52,822 nt of DNA, filler included, from Cetorhinus maximus (GCF_964194155.1; 4 parts of 4 records of this genome joined end to end with filler, not necessarily neighbours in it); one strand, 5' to 3'; positions 1 through 12,165 are shown, counted from the first letter of the whole stretch. Made by a program: numbers and translations. Notes: a model not told the origin generated them from the letters alone.

Positions 1-330
1 ATTCCGGTTGCCTTCCTAATTATTTGCTGTACCTGAATGATAACTTCTTGTTACACAAGGACACCCAGATCCCTCTGTACCACAGCATTCTGCTGTCTCT
101 CTCTCGCTCTGTCTCTCTCTCGCTCTCTCTCTCTCTCCATTCAAATAATAACCTGCCTTTCTATTCTTCCTACCAAAGTGGGGATCCTCACATTTTCCTA
201 CATTACACTCCATCTTCCAAATCTTTGTGCACTCACTTCCTCTATCTATAACCCTTTGCAGAGTATCGAACACAAGGTCTGGAGAAAAGGCCATTAAATG
301 GAATTGAGGTACAGGTCAATCATGATCGAG
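1..330 (-). mobile_element. CR1 LINE fragments (RT region on minus, CT microsatellite inserted, short plus-strand 3' tail)
   Basis: Translation WKMECNVGKCEDPHFGRKNRKAGYYLNGER matches the CR1 ORF2 segment seen intact at 24100-24190. Confidence 0.8.
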
Positions 331-639
331 TTGAATGGTGAAGCAGGCCCGGGGGGTTGAATGGCCTCCTCCTGTTTCTAATGTTCCCTTGTGCCAGAGG
401 TATGACAAAACTAATTGGTCCAAACCAAAGAGAGAAAGAAACACTTGCTTTTTAATTCCAGGTTAATTTATTAACTGAATGCATATTCTACAAATGCTGC
501 AATGGGATTTGATGTCATGTCTGTGGATTGTTAGTCTCAGCCCCTGGATTACTAACCCGGTAACATCCACAGTAAGCAACTCTTCCCTTGTGCACACAGT
601 GGCTCAGTTGACTATACCTTCAGAGTGACCTGTACAGGG

Positions 640-1190
640 AGCTCTCCCAGGTGAATATAAAAGATCCCAGGACACTATTTCATGGAAGGACCAGGGATTC
701 TCCCCCATTGTCCTCACCAATATTTATCCCCCAACCGACATCGCTAGTACATGTTTTCAGCTCATTATTATATTGCGGTTTGTGGGATCTTCCTGTCTGC
801 AAACGGTAAAGGGTTAACATCAGAAGCAGACATGATGCTGATGTAATAAATGATGTCAGATCACATGACTGAGAGGTAAGAGAGATCCAGAAGGAGGAGA
901 AGTTCCAACCTCATGCAGAGGTCCAAATGTGTAAATACCATCTGTAAATAAAGAGCAACGGTTTTAAGAAACTACAGACTTGAGCAGTTTACTTTGGGGG
1001 AATAGACATGTCCCAAAGAAGCCCATCGAGACACCATACACACAACCAAAGAAGCACAAACTGACTGCCACACTTCCTACTTAACAACAGTGACTATCCT
1101 TCAAAAGGGCGTCATTGGCTGTAAAGCACTTTGAGATTTCCTGAGGTCGTGAATGGGGCTATATAAATGCAAGTCTTTCTTTCTTCTTTA
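640..1190 (+). mobile_element. Deu-domain SINE (SacSINE1/AmnSINE1-like) with a nested insertion
   Basis: gatccca..cactatt..atatttatccc..gtgggatct..ggctgtaaagcacttt..ctatataaatgcaagtctttcttt; similar copies near 19050, 38150, 39520 and 40880. Confidence 0.7.
805..1055 (+). mobile_element. LTR-like fragment nested in the SINE
   Basis: Splits the SINE at gcaaac/acaaac; contains gtaaagggttaa, AATAAA and an acacaac end, resembling the LTR at 4222-4493. Confidence 0.4.
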
Positions 1191-2589
1191 AGGATTAGCG
1201 CGTGAATCTCCAGCTTGCATTCCACTGATGACCTTCTGGATGGATACACAAGGTTGGAGTCGTGAGTGGCATGAACACCAAAAGCCACCTCTGTTGGCTG
1301 CTCCAAACTGTTACCATCGCCGCACGCTCCACCAGCGGACAACAGCGTCGTTTAGAATCCACACTGCCACAATGGGCAACATCTGTGGCATCATATAAAC
1401 CTAGGGTGACCTGGAGGTAACAAACTCCAGCAAGAATAGGCCAAATGGATCCTCCATCTATCATTCAATAAGATCAGCTCCATCCTCCCTTCCATGTCCT
1501 ATCTCCATATCCCTGGCTGTTCAGAAGTCTGTTGTTCTCAGTTTCGAGTACACGGCATCTATAGAAGGGGAATGAAGCCCCCACAGTTTAACATTGAAAC
1601 TGAAGGACAACATCGGCAACAAGGCAGCAAAGACTTTTGTACTCAAAACCTCCAGAGCAAGGCATAAGCCCACAGCTTACAGGCTCAAAGGCCAGGGTGC
1701 CACATGACTGAAAACAACATGGGAAACCGGATGGATGCCGAACTGCATAGGGAATAGGAAGAGGGAGAGGCAGTGAGCACAGAGCTGGATGACAACAGTT
1801 TAATCCAAAACAGATTTGTTTATCTTTACCATCTGGCCTACTATCCAAAAGCAGAGGCCCAAAGAATCAACCAAGTAAACAAAATGCGGTTTCATTCATC
1901 ATAACTGACTGCCGAGAAGTAAGGCTAGACTATACCTGCTGAAATAAAGACAGGGACAAAATCTAGCAGGACAGTGCGGGATTTGTTTTCCGATGATACG
2001 CCATTGTCTGTTCCTTTCACAGCGACATAGTTTACAGAGAACTGGAAGGAACTGAGCTGGGAATTGAGCTCCAGTGAACTTTTCCCTGAGGATAGACGGC
2101 ACAGACTCAGCTTGCATTCACAACGCACAGCACAACCTGCTCTTGGGGGAACTTCACATTTAATCTGGATGCTAAAGCTCGGAGTGAATACCGCTCACAG
2201 ATAGCGAGGAGTGAGTTTCAACAGCAACTTCTGTGCAACATGTTAATCCAGAAAAGGCAAAATCAAAATGCGCTTTTGAAAATTGCGCAGTCCTGAGGGG
2301 TAAATTAGTGCCCTTCACCTTGAAGGCAAGACTGAATTCCAATTCCTCTCATGATTCATAGACAAAACCCTGTCATTTGTAAGTCAAGTTTGCCTGACTG
2401 ATGGGCAATTGCTCTTTGAGGAACTGCGGGCAGGTTAAACAGGAAGGCTGAATTGTGACATTTAGCTGTATGCGTTCCATATACAATTCAGTCCATTAAC
2501 TCTTTCACCACTCACTGCTCTCCGGGTTCTACCTGTCTCAACCTGAATCAACTTGGTCACCTGAAGCAGAGGTGCCATTTTGACCAGAG

Positions 2590-2728
2590 TGTTTCTTTTT
2601 TTAATTCATTCACGGGGTGCGGGCTTCGCTGGCTGGGCCAGCATTTTTTTTGCCCATCCCTAATTGCCCCTTGAGAAGGTGGTGGTGAGCTGCCTCCCTG
2701 AACCGCTGCAGTCCATGTGGTGTAGGTC
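2590..2728 (-). mobile_element. L2/Crack-type LINE 3' tail
   Basis: Reverse complement of caagggcaattagggatgggca..aatgctggccc tail shared with other copies in the window. Confidence 0.7.
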
Positions 2729-2894
2729 AGATATCTGCTTGGCTTCAGACTGGTTTTGTCCGTGGGAATGTGACAGTGTTGTAACAGCTTTATAATTGTC
2801 TCCCTGCACCATTTGCTGGCAAAGAGCGTACTATCTGCCTGGTCGAAGGTTAAGGAAGCCAGTGTGTCCTCTTGTTTCTCAAACTCATCCAGCC

Positions 2895-3170
2895 CCAACT
2901 CTCCGAGATCTCGCCTGCACCCCTGATTTCAATCACTCCATCATTGGCGGCTGTGCCTTCAGGCGAGCCTAAGTCCAATAAGCTCTGAAATTGCCTCCAC
3001 ATCTCAGTCTCTCAAGTCTCGCTTTCCTCCTTAAGGAAGCTTCTTAAAGTCCGTCCCTTTAGCCGAGCTTCTGGTCATCTGACCTGACACCTCCTTATGT
3101 GACTCAGTGTCAAAATTTTGGAAGAGATTGCTCCTGTATTTTAGGGACAGCGTACGGCATTGAAGGCATT
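2895..3170 (+). mobile_element. L2 LINE 3' end fragment
   Basis: ctccatcattggcggctgtgccttcag..ctctgaaattgcctcc..cttaaa..cttt, matching the reverse of the L2 at 28165. Confidence 0.6.
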
Positions 3171-3524
3171 TTATTTGGAGGACTTGAAGGGACTTGTAAA
3201 CAGGGATGAGGAATTTTAAACCAGGTCACATTCAAACCCTGAATTCATTTCAGTGTGGCTATCGATATTTGGCCTAATCCTAATTCAGGCTGGGTCACCT
3301 TCCAGCAAAGGGAGCCTTGTGCACGAACGCAGTTAATTTTCTATTTTGACCCTGACGGCATTTGAGAGCTCAGTTTGTGCCCTGTCTTAAAGTTTCTATT
3401 GCTCTTCACGGTGCACAAATTAGCTGCTGGGTTTAACCTCAGTGGCTCATCTTCAAAGTTGATCCACTGACTGCGAGACGCCCTGGAGTGTCCTGGGGAC
3501 GTGAAAGGGGCTTTATAAATGTAC

Positions 3525-3658
3525 GGCCGGGATTTTCTGGCCCCATCGCTGGCAGGACGGGAAAATTTGGAGAGCAGTCAAAAGCCAATTGAATTCACTC
3601 TCCAAACTTTCCTGTCCATGCCAATGTCTGCCGCTGGCAGGGTTGGAAAATCCTACTC
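3525..3658. mobile_element. Small palindromic MITE with Harbinger-like termini
   Basis: ggccgggattttc ... gaaaatcctactc terminal inverted repeats; internal arms are also inverted. Confidence 0.55.
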
Positions 3659-3724
3659 TTTGTTCCTTCTTCAAGTTGAAGCTCTCTATCAATAAGTAAT
3701 GGAGCCTATTAATCACGTGTCAAT

Positions 3725-4075
3725 TCTTTAAAATTCATTGTCGGGGCATTGTTGGCAAGGCCAGCAATCTATTGCCTCTCGCTAACTGCCTTGAGAAGTT
3801 CTTAAGCCGCTGTTGTCCGTGTAGTATAGATGCACCCACAGTACGGTTGGGTAGGGATTTGCAGGAATTTGGCCCAGCAGCGATGAAGGAATGGCAGTAT
3901 AATTCCAAGTTAGGATGGCGTGAGACTTGATGGGAAGCTTGGAGCCGGTAGCACTCCCAAGCGCCACTCCTCCTTGTCCTTCTAGGTAGTAGAAATCACA
4001 GGTTTGGAAAGCGCGGTCGAAGAAATCTTGGCAAGTTTTTGCATCTTGTAGATGGTACACACTGCTGCCACGGGG
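3725..4075 (-). mobile_element. L2/Crack-type LINE 3' fragment
   Basis: Homologous to 14975-15500 and 44090-44755 (AAVCTIYKMHC region and tail). Confidence 0.75.
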
Positions 4076-4221
4076 CATTGCAGGCTGCTAATCCCCAGCT
4101 GAATAGAGTAGATGTTCAACAATGGAACGCGACCTGAAAAGTAGCAAGGACTGTCTCAGGAGGAAAGTCAACTTCACTGGATCAGTTTTCTGTTGCTGCA
4201 GTTTGGTGTTAGCACCAAGCA

Positions 4222-4766
4222 TGTTGTATTATGGTGTAGACTTCTATATTTAAACATGAACTGTTTATTGTTAGTCTTTAACTATTTACAGATCCCAGGT
4301 TACTGTCATGCATGGTGCTGTTACCTTCATGCAAGCTGCTTCCAGAGTGTTTTTTCTAGTCTATTCTCTCTGAGCCTATTACCATGTGACTCTATACATC
4401 ATACCGTGGGTGGTGTTATTCTCCAGTCCCACATTAACCTTTGATCTGCCGAGCACCTTTATGTTACAAAGGCACATACAACATCATACAACATCTCCCT
4501 TTCTTCTCCAAAGAAAACTTCTCTCCTTTCCAATGGAGCGTTATAATACAACCTTTACTTGCTCTCCCTTCTCCCCCACCTCAAGTCTCTGACTTTATAA
4601 ATTCAGACAGCCCTGAAGCTTGACAGATCACATCACAGTCTGTCACATTTGGAGGAATGGTAGTAGTGCTCTGTGTTTCTGGTTCTTGGCTATCTCCATT
4701 TGATTCATTTTCGGCACTCCTTTGGGTTGCATTTCCCTTCATTAATAACTCTTTTTTCAGACACTG
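4222..4766 (-). mobile_element. LTR retrotransposon 3' remnant (Gypsy-like): ORF tail, PPT and 272-bp LTR
   Basis: LTR 4222-4493 is bounded by perfect TGTTGTAT..ATACAACA, has an internal AATAAA and is preceded by the purine tract GGAGAAGAAAGGGAGA (4494-4509). Confidence 0.7.
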
Positions 4767-5134
4767 TGGGTGTAATCTTCCGTGCCCGCTGGTGTTGGGC
4801 GTGTTCAGGGGCATGAGCATGCAATATGGCAAGAAGGCCAAAAATCAGTGCCCAACAGCACTGGGACCCTGGAGGAATCTGGGCGGATTCTCATGGACAA
4901 GGCTCCACCGCGAAGCAGCTCACAGAAGGTGGAAAGTTACCGTTGAAGGTCCTGCTCACAAGGGACGACGATCGAGGGGGTGGAAAGGAAGGTCCAGCTG
5001 TGTTTGGGACAGGAAGATGTACCGGGGGGTGGGAGAGGAAGGTCTAGGACCGACTGGGAGAGGAAGGTGTGTCGGGGGAGGGTGAGGTTGAGGGGGGAAT
5101 GAAGGTGTCGGGGTGGGGGTGAGGCTGGGAGGGG

Positions 5135-6677
5135 GGCACCTGTTCTCACCCACCACGATTCTCCTTTCAGGTTTGCAAGCCTGGTGCGTCTAACATTCTT
5201 CTTCAGCTTCCTTGACCTTTCCCCTCCCCCAGTCACTGACTTCCTTTCCCCCATCACTGTTGACCCCCGCCCCTGGCATCATCTTCCACCTCCCCTCCAT
5301 GACCTGCCAGCCACAACCCTTTTCCTTCAGGGACATCCAGGTGAACGTGCACGTTCCCTTCCTTCCTGAAAATCCCACTCCTCCACCCACATTCACCTCC
5401 CCAACCTCCTCCTTCCCACCCCCAGGGTCCGTGTCTGCCTCCAAATCCCCGCCAACCACCCTCACCAGCCCTTCTACTGATACCATTGCGCCCTCACCCT
5501 CCCACCCTACTGCCTCACTCTGCCCTCGATCATTCTCACCATTCCCTCATGCCCACCCTCAGTTCGCTCCCCAGGAGGCAGCCATGGGCTCAACAGACCC
5601 CCTCCCTTGCACATTCTCTCGGACATTCCCCCCTCCAGACTCCTTCACCCCTTGGATCTCCTCCCCCCCTCCCCGACCGTGGAACACTTTCCCACCCCCA
5701 TCCCCTCCCCCGGACTCACCCTCCCCAACATCCCCCCCACCGGCCCCTCTGCCCTTCCCTCTTCCTGACTCCTTCCTCCACCCTTACTCCTTCCTCCACT
5801 CTGTCGGGGTGAGTGGGGTTGGTGGGAGGGGCAATGGGGAGAGGGAGGTAACAGGGGAGAAGATGACAGCTGGGGAGGTAGGTGTAAGGGAGGAGGTAGG
5901 TGTAATGGGGAGGAAGGTGTAAGGGAAGGAGTTCAAAGAGGCAAAGGAGTCCAGGGAGAGGAAGGAGTCCAGAGATGGGAAGGAATAAGGGTCAAAGAAG
6001 AAGTAAGACTGGAGGAAGGAGTTGGGAACAGGGAAGGAGTAAGACTGGAGCAAGGAGTCAGGAAGGGTGAAGGTGTAGGGGTGGAGGAAGGAGTTAGGAA
6101 GGGGGAAGGACTAAGTGGGGGGAAACTGGGGAGGTGGGGTGGGGGCGGGGGGGTGTGGGGTGGGAAAGAGTTCCAAGGTCAGTGGGGGTAGGAGTTCCAA
6201 GGGGTGAAGGAGTCCGGATGGGGGAATGTCAAGGAGGGGCCTGTTGAGCCCATGACTGCCTGCTGGGGAGCGAACTGAGGGTGGGTGTGGTAGGAGGGAA
6301 CGGTGAGATTGATCAAGGACAGAGTGAGGCAGTAGCAAGGGAGGGTGAGGGTGGTTGGCGGGGATTTGGAGGCAGGCACAGACCCTGGGGGTGTGAAGGA
6401 GGAGGTTGGGGAGGTGAATGTGGGTGGGGGTGGGATTTTCGGGAAGGAAGGGAACATGCACGTTCACCCGGACATCCCCGAAGGAAAAGGGTAGTGGCTG
6501 GTAGGCGATGGCGGGGAGGTGGAAGATGATGCCGGGGGCGGGGGTCAACAGTGATGGGGGAAAGGAAGTCGGTGACTGGGGGAGGGGAAAGAAGGGGGGC
6601 TGAAGAAGAATGTTAGACGCACCAGGCTGTCCAAACCTGAAAGTGAAATGAGATTGGTGGTGGGTGAGATCAGGTGC
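5135..6677. repeat. Long imperfect inverted repeat (two copies of an unknown element, tail-to-tail)
   Basis: 5135-5800 is the reverse complement of ~6050-6677; both translate to PAPGIIFHLP..FSF.D..VNVHVPFLPENPTP. Confidence 0.9.
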
Positions 6678-6809
6678 TGCATGGGGGTGAGGTCAGTGGG
6701 TGGGCGGAGATGCGGGTCAGCTCAGACGGACAACAGACAGAGAACCCCAGCGGGCAGCATTGAAAATGCATCTGGACAGATGCAGGAAGGATCCACATGT
6801 GTTGGAGAT

Positions 6810-7678
6810 TGTTAGCATGAAGATGATGTCTCTCAAGACTGAAGGTTTTTTTTTACAAAATGGAAGCACGTGGCATGACCTGGATGCTAACCTGGGATTT
6901 TTTTTCTCTAAGAAAGTCATAAGTTCACCTTGGAGCTGTAAACAAGCCGGCTTCTTCCCAAAAAAAAATCAGCTGACCTGCGTGGTGCTCGAGAAGGAGG
7001 TGGTGTTTGTTTGTGTTGAGCTGCAAAACGCTTTAATTAATGAAAAGCTGGGAGACCAAAAAAAGGCAGAAACGTGGGAGAGAGGGAAAAAATCTGAAGT
7101 CGTGAACCTGCTTGTTTGGAAGGTAAGTTTTTTTCTCTCTCTCTACCTTGCCTAAAATTGTGTGGGGCTATCAACCTGTAGCCAGGGAACCCTCGTCTGA
7201 GTGTAACCAGTCTGCATTTGGAGCTGCAAAGCTGAGACCAGTGGTGAGAATGTACAGGCATCTTCACACAAGAGAACTCAAGGTCGAGACCCAGCGGACT
7301 TTATCCTTTATTTTCTAACGCCCATCCTCCAAAGCCCATCTGTGCAGAGAGACTCTTATCTGTTTGTCCTTTGTTTATCTGTGTGTGCGCTGGAGGAATG
7401 TTGTTTAGGAAGAGATAGATGGGTTATACTTCCCGATTACAATTGTGTGTTAACCAGTCCTGGCAACTTGTTAAAAGAAGTCTTGTTTTAAAATAAATTA
7501 ATCGTTCTGAGTTTTTTGAAAGAAGCCTGGCCCAGAGTCTCTTTTCTCCTGGGTACAGGAGAGCTACAGGTACACAATAGGACATTTTGGTGAGAAAATT
7601 AAACATTTAAATTAATGGTACAGCCTGCGGAGAAGTGGGGCTTGAGAATTTGTGCACTCCTCCCATCCCGATCGTAAC
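6810..7678 (+). mobile_element. Possible solo LTR
   Basis: Starts TGTTA and ends GATCGTAACA, AT-richer than flanks; no TSD found. Confidence 0.35.
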
Positions 7679-7679
7679 A

Positions 7680-9446
7680 CCTGCCTCACACACTCTCCTG
7701 CCCCCAGAATCACTCATGGGCCGGCTGCATGAAGCTGAACCGCTAGTGGGGGTGGATGCAGTGGGAGGACTTGTGAAGCCTGTCAATGAAGCTCAAAAAC
7801 ACCATTACACGTTATTCAGTGAAAGTGAATATATTTCCAGGTTATAAAGTGACACAATGTGTTCACCTGTGCAACCACTTGAGATCAGAAATTCTTAACT
7901 TTTCTAGGCCTACCACCTCTACTAGGTGCTGCCCTGACATCCGCAGCAGGAGTGGAGAAAGCCTGAGCAATAGTTGGCCCTGTGCCCCTGTTGACTTCGG
8001 TGTGCGTCCTCTGGCGAGTCGAGGCCTTGGGGGGCCCCGGCTTGCTTTGGCTGTTGTCCTGTGGGCCACCTGTTCCCTCTGTCATGATTGAGGACAAGGT
8101 TGAGGGGGTCACAGGCAAAGGGACATTGAGGTGCCCCGTCTCCCTCTCGCATCACCACTGCAGGAACTCACCCATGGCTACCCGGATGCACTGCAGGTCC
8201 GCACACACCACCATGTTCTGATAGACCGGGGTCTCCATGGTGTCCACCACTATTCTCCCCATGGAGACCTCCATGTGTGCACATGTGGGCACCGCTTCAT
8301 CAGAGAGCAGGCAGACACATTCCTCCGTGCCACTCTGTTGAGGGCTTCCAACAGCTCTGGGTGATGTTCCCCCGCCTTCTGCTGACTCTCCAGGATGAGT
8401 TGGAAGGCCAAATCCAGAGAGTCGTCATCTGACCCAGGCCTCATAGATGCCTCTTCCCCAGCAGTCCCTCCAGGTGCTCCTCCCCCTCAAGGAGTCAGGC
8501 CTGGGCCCTCGTGCACCCAAAGGAAGAGAGGGATGATGTGGTGCAGGATCCTCACGAGGGTGTTCGCCGCTGAACTCACCATCACCGCAGGCACGGTCCA
8601 CATCCTCACCGGTCAGCACGATGGCACACTCCTCAAAGTGAGTGAGGGGCCTAATGTTGGCCACTCCACACCCCCCCGGTCTGGGATCACTTCCTACTGA
8701 TGTGAGCCAGCTTCTCCTGCATGGAAACAGATGGAGAGAGTGTGAGCAGGACACATGGCACTGGGTGGAATGTTTGTGTGGTGAGCGGAGACATGGACAG
8801 GATGTGAGCTCCAGAGGGTATGAGCCTGATGGAGATGTGAGGGTGTGTGTGAGAGTTAGTGGTGTTGTCCCTTGGGGTGTGAGATCCCTGTGGATGTGAG
8901 ATGGGTTTGTGATTGTGTGTGAGTTGAGAGAGATGAGAGGAGTGACTTACCCTGGCAGAACGGATGAGACCATTCACCCTGTAGCGGCACTGGGTGGCTG
9001 TCCTCTTTTACAGGGCACTGGCACTGACACTGTCTCCTAAGCTGGACTGGTGATGCCGCTGCCCCTCCTGCAGCCAGAATGGGGGTAGAGGGCATCACAG
9101 CGGGGCCTCCACGGTGTCCAAAAGGCGCTCGAGGGACACGTCATTGAACCTGGGGGCTGCAGTCTTCTTGCCTTTTGGGGCCATGTCTTCCTTGCAGCAG
9201 CCCTGGGCTGGAAGCGGCTACACTTTAAACATGGCGCCCGGGGTGAGGAAGCAGCAAGGTGATGGCGTGGCGGGTGAGCAAGAGTCTGCCCGCTATTGAA
9301 ACGCCGTGTTTCCCGGGAATGCGTGATTAATGAGGTGGGATTGGGACGATGCGGCGCGAAAACCCCCAACGCTGCGGCCGACGGGAAAAGTGTTCTTTTC
9401 CCGCCCGCTAAACCACAGTTAGTGCAAATCTGGGACGATTCCGCGC
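7680..9446 (-). mobile_element. PIF/Harbinger transposon remnant with a decayed Myb/SANT-like ORF
   Basis: ATG 9184: MAPKGKKTAAPRFNDVSLERLLDTVEA..ALYP..KRTATQCRYRVNGLIRSAR, GT-AG intron 8950-8717, then EKLAH..QTGG; contains stops and a frameshift; TIR-like end gcgcggaatcgtccc. Confidence 0.75.
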
Positions 9447-9491
9447 TGTGCGTTTGTCCTGCTCCTCCTGTGGGGAACGTGAATTCCGTTC

Positions 9492-10217
9492 ATTCCTAGA
9501 GCGGGCTCGAATTTTCGGCCTCCCTGGTGTCTGCCATTTTCTTGTTGGATGTATACGTTTCACAGATTCCACTTGTTTCAGCACCTCAGCTAAACATTTG
9601 TTTGCTGTTTAATTTTCAAACCATTTTGCAAACGTGCGAAGCTTTTCATTCAGCTCAATGGTGCGTCTGAGACATCCAAACCTCTTCCTTCCACCAGTTC
9701 CTTGCACTTCAGTGTCGGGTTTACATTTTCCGATCTTATTTCTGTTTTTTCTTTCCCTATCTGCATCAGATCTTTGTCAACCCCTCCCCATCCACCCCAG
9801 CCATTGTCCATCCCATCCTGGCCTCCAAAAAGGGCCATCCCACTCTGCCCCTCCCCCCCACCACCCCCCCCCACTCCACCACCCCCAAGGCTGCCACATC
9901 CCTCCCCATCCCCGACTGACCTGAGTCCAAGACGCCATGGCCTCACGGGCCAGTTTGCAGCCCAAGCAGCGCCCACGGCTCAGCTCAGGCGCTGCCGAGA
10001 CGGGTAGAGCTACCGGCCAACCGGGAGCACTCGAAGGCGGGACTTCCTCCCCGCTGAGGGGGTGGACGTCCCACGCTCAGGGCGGGATTTGTACGGTCCC
10101 GTCATGGCGGGGCGGGGTCCGTAAAATGCGGGGGAGCCGTTCGGAATCCCATTGGACTTCGGCAGGACTGGAAAATCCTGCCGGGAGGAGGCGGGGGGGC
10201 GGTGAAATTCCGCCCTC
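9492..10217. mobile_element. Non-autonomous Harbinger-like element
   Basis: gggctcgaattttc start and gaaattccgccc / gaaaatcctgcc ends, similar to other Harbinger-like termini in the window. Confidence 0.4.
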
Positions 10218-10302
10218 AGCCTGTCTGACCCCCCCGGCAGCGGGTTTTGGTTGCAGGGCGGGCATCTTTTTGGTGCGTCAGCTGCCAGGCGACCCTTGCA
10301 AC

Positions 10303-12165
10303 GGGGTTGGGGAGGGTAGGGGTTGGGGAAGGTTAGGGTTGGGGAGGGTAGGGGTTGGGGAAGGTTAGGGTTGGGGAGGGTAGGGGTTGGGGAGGGTAGG
10401 GTTTGGGGAGGGTAGGGGTTGGGGAGAGTAGGGGTTGGAGAGGGTAGGAGTTGGGGAGGGTAGGGGTTGGGGAGGGTTGGGGTTGGGGAGGGTAGGGGTT
10501 GGGGAGGGTAGGAGTTGGGGAGGGTTAGGGTTGGGGAGGGTAGGGGTTGGGGAGGGTAGGAGTTGGGGAGGGTTAGGGTTGGGGTTGGGGAGGGTTGGGG
10601 AGGGTAGGGGTTGGGGAGGGTAGGGGTTGGGGAGGGTTAGGGTTGGGGAGGGTAGGAGTTGGGGAGGGTAGGGGTTGGGGAGGGTAGGGGTTGGGGAGGG
10701 TAGGAGTTAGGGAGAATTAGGGTTGGGGATGGTAGGGGTTGCGGAGGGTAGGGGTTGGGGAGGGTAGGGGTTGGGGAGAGTAGGAGTTGGGGAGGATAGG
10801 GGTTGGGCAGTGTAGGAGTTGGGGAGGGTAGGGGTTGGGGAGGATAGGGGTTGGGGAGGGTAGGGGTTGGGGAGGGTAGGGGTTGGGGAGGGTTAGGGTT
10901 GGGGAGGGTTAGGGTTGGGGAGGGTAGGGGTTGGGGTGGGTAGGGGTTGGGGTGGGTAGGGGTTGGGGAGGGTAGGGGTTGGGGAGGGTAGGGGTTGGGG
11001 AGGTTAGGGGTTGGGGAGGGTAGGGGTTGGGGAGAATTAGGGTTGGAGAGGGTAGGGGTTGGGGAGGGTAGGGGTTGGGGAGGGTTAGGGTTGGGGAGGG
11101 TAGGGGTTGGGGAGGGTAGGGGTTGGGGAGAGTAGGGGTTGTGGAGGGTAGGATTTGTGGAGGGTAGGCGTTGGGGAGGGCAGGGGTTGGGGAGGGTAGG
11201 GGTTGGGGAGGGTAGGGGTTGGGGAGGGTAGGGGTTGGGGAGGGTTAGGGGTTGGGGAGGGTTAGGGTTGGGGAGGGTAGGGGTTGGGGAGGGTAGGGGT
11301 TGTGGAGGGTAGGGGTTGTGGAGGGTAGGGGTTGGGGATGGTAGGTGTTGGGGATGGTAGGTGTTGGGGAGGGTAGGGGTTGGGGAGGGTACGGGTTGGG
11401 GAGGGTAGGGGTTGGGGAGGGTAGGGGTTGGGGAGGGTAGGGGTTGGGGAGGGTAGGGGTTGGGGAGGGTTAGGGGTTGGGGAGGGTTAGGGTTGGGGAG
11501 GGTAGGGGTTGGGGAGGGTAGGGGTTGTGGAGGGTAGGGGTTGTGGAGGGTAGGGGTTGGGGATGGTAGGTGTTGGGGATGGTAGGTGTTGGGGAGGGTA
11601 GGGGTTGGGGAGGGTACGGGTTGGGGAGGGTAGGGGTTGGGGAGGGTAGGGGTTGGGGAGGGTAGGGGTTGGGGAGGGTAGGAGTTGGGGAGGGTAGGGG
11701 TTGGGGAGGGTTAGGGTTGGGGAAGGTAGGGGTTGGGGAGGGTAGGGGTTGGGGAGAGTTAGGGTTGGGGAGGGTAGGGGTTGGGGAGGGTAGGCGTTGG
11801 GGAGGGTAGGGGTTGGGGAGGGTAGTGGTTGGGGAGGGTAGTGGTTGGGGAGGGTAGGGGTTGGGGAGGGTAGGGGTTGGGGAGGGTAGGAGTTGGGGAG
11901 GGTAGGGGTTGGGGAGGGTTAGGGTTGGGGAAGGTAGGAGTTGGGGAGGGTAGGGGTTGGGGAGGGTTAGGGTTGGGGAGGGTAGGGGTTGGGGAGGGTA
12001 GTGGTTGGGGAGGGTAGTGGTTGGGGAGGGTAGGGGTTGGGGAGGGTAGGGGTTGGGGAGGGTAGGGGTTGGGGAGGGTAGGGGTTGGGGAGGGTAGTGG
12101 TTGGGGAGGGTAGGGGTTGGGGAGGGTAGGGGTTGGGGAGGGTAGGGGTTGGGGAGGGTAGGGGT
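10303..12165 (+). repeat. G-rich 16-bp minisatellite (GGGGTTGGGGAGGGTA)n, about 115 units
   Basis: Directly visible tandem array with TTAGGG-containing variants. Confidence 0.97.

Noticed and set aside
2730-2898. Protein-like minus-strand reading GLDEFEKQEDTLASLTFDQ..
   Set aside because: Sandwiched between LINE fragments, no clear splice sites, family not recognised
10303-12165. Interstitial telomere
   Set aside because: TTAGGG occurs only as isolated variants of a 16-bp unit, with no (TTAGGG)n tract
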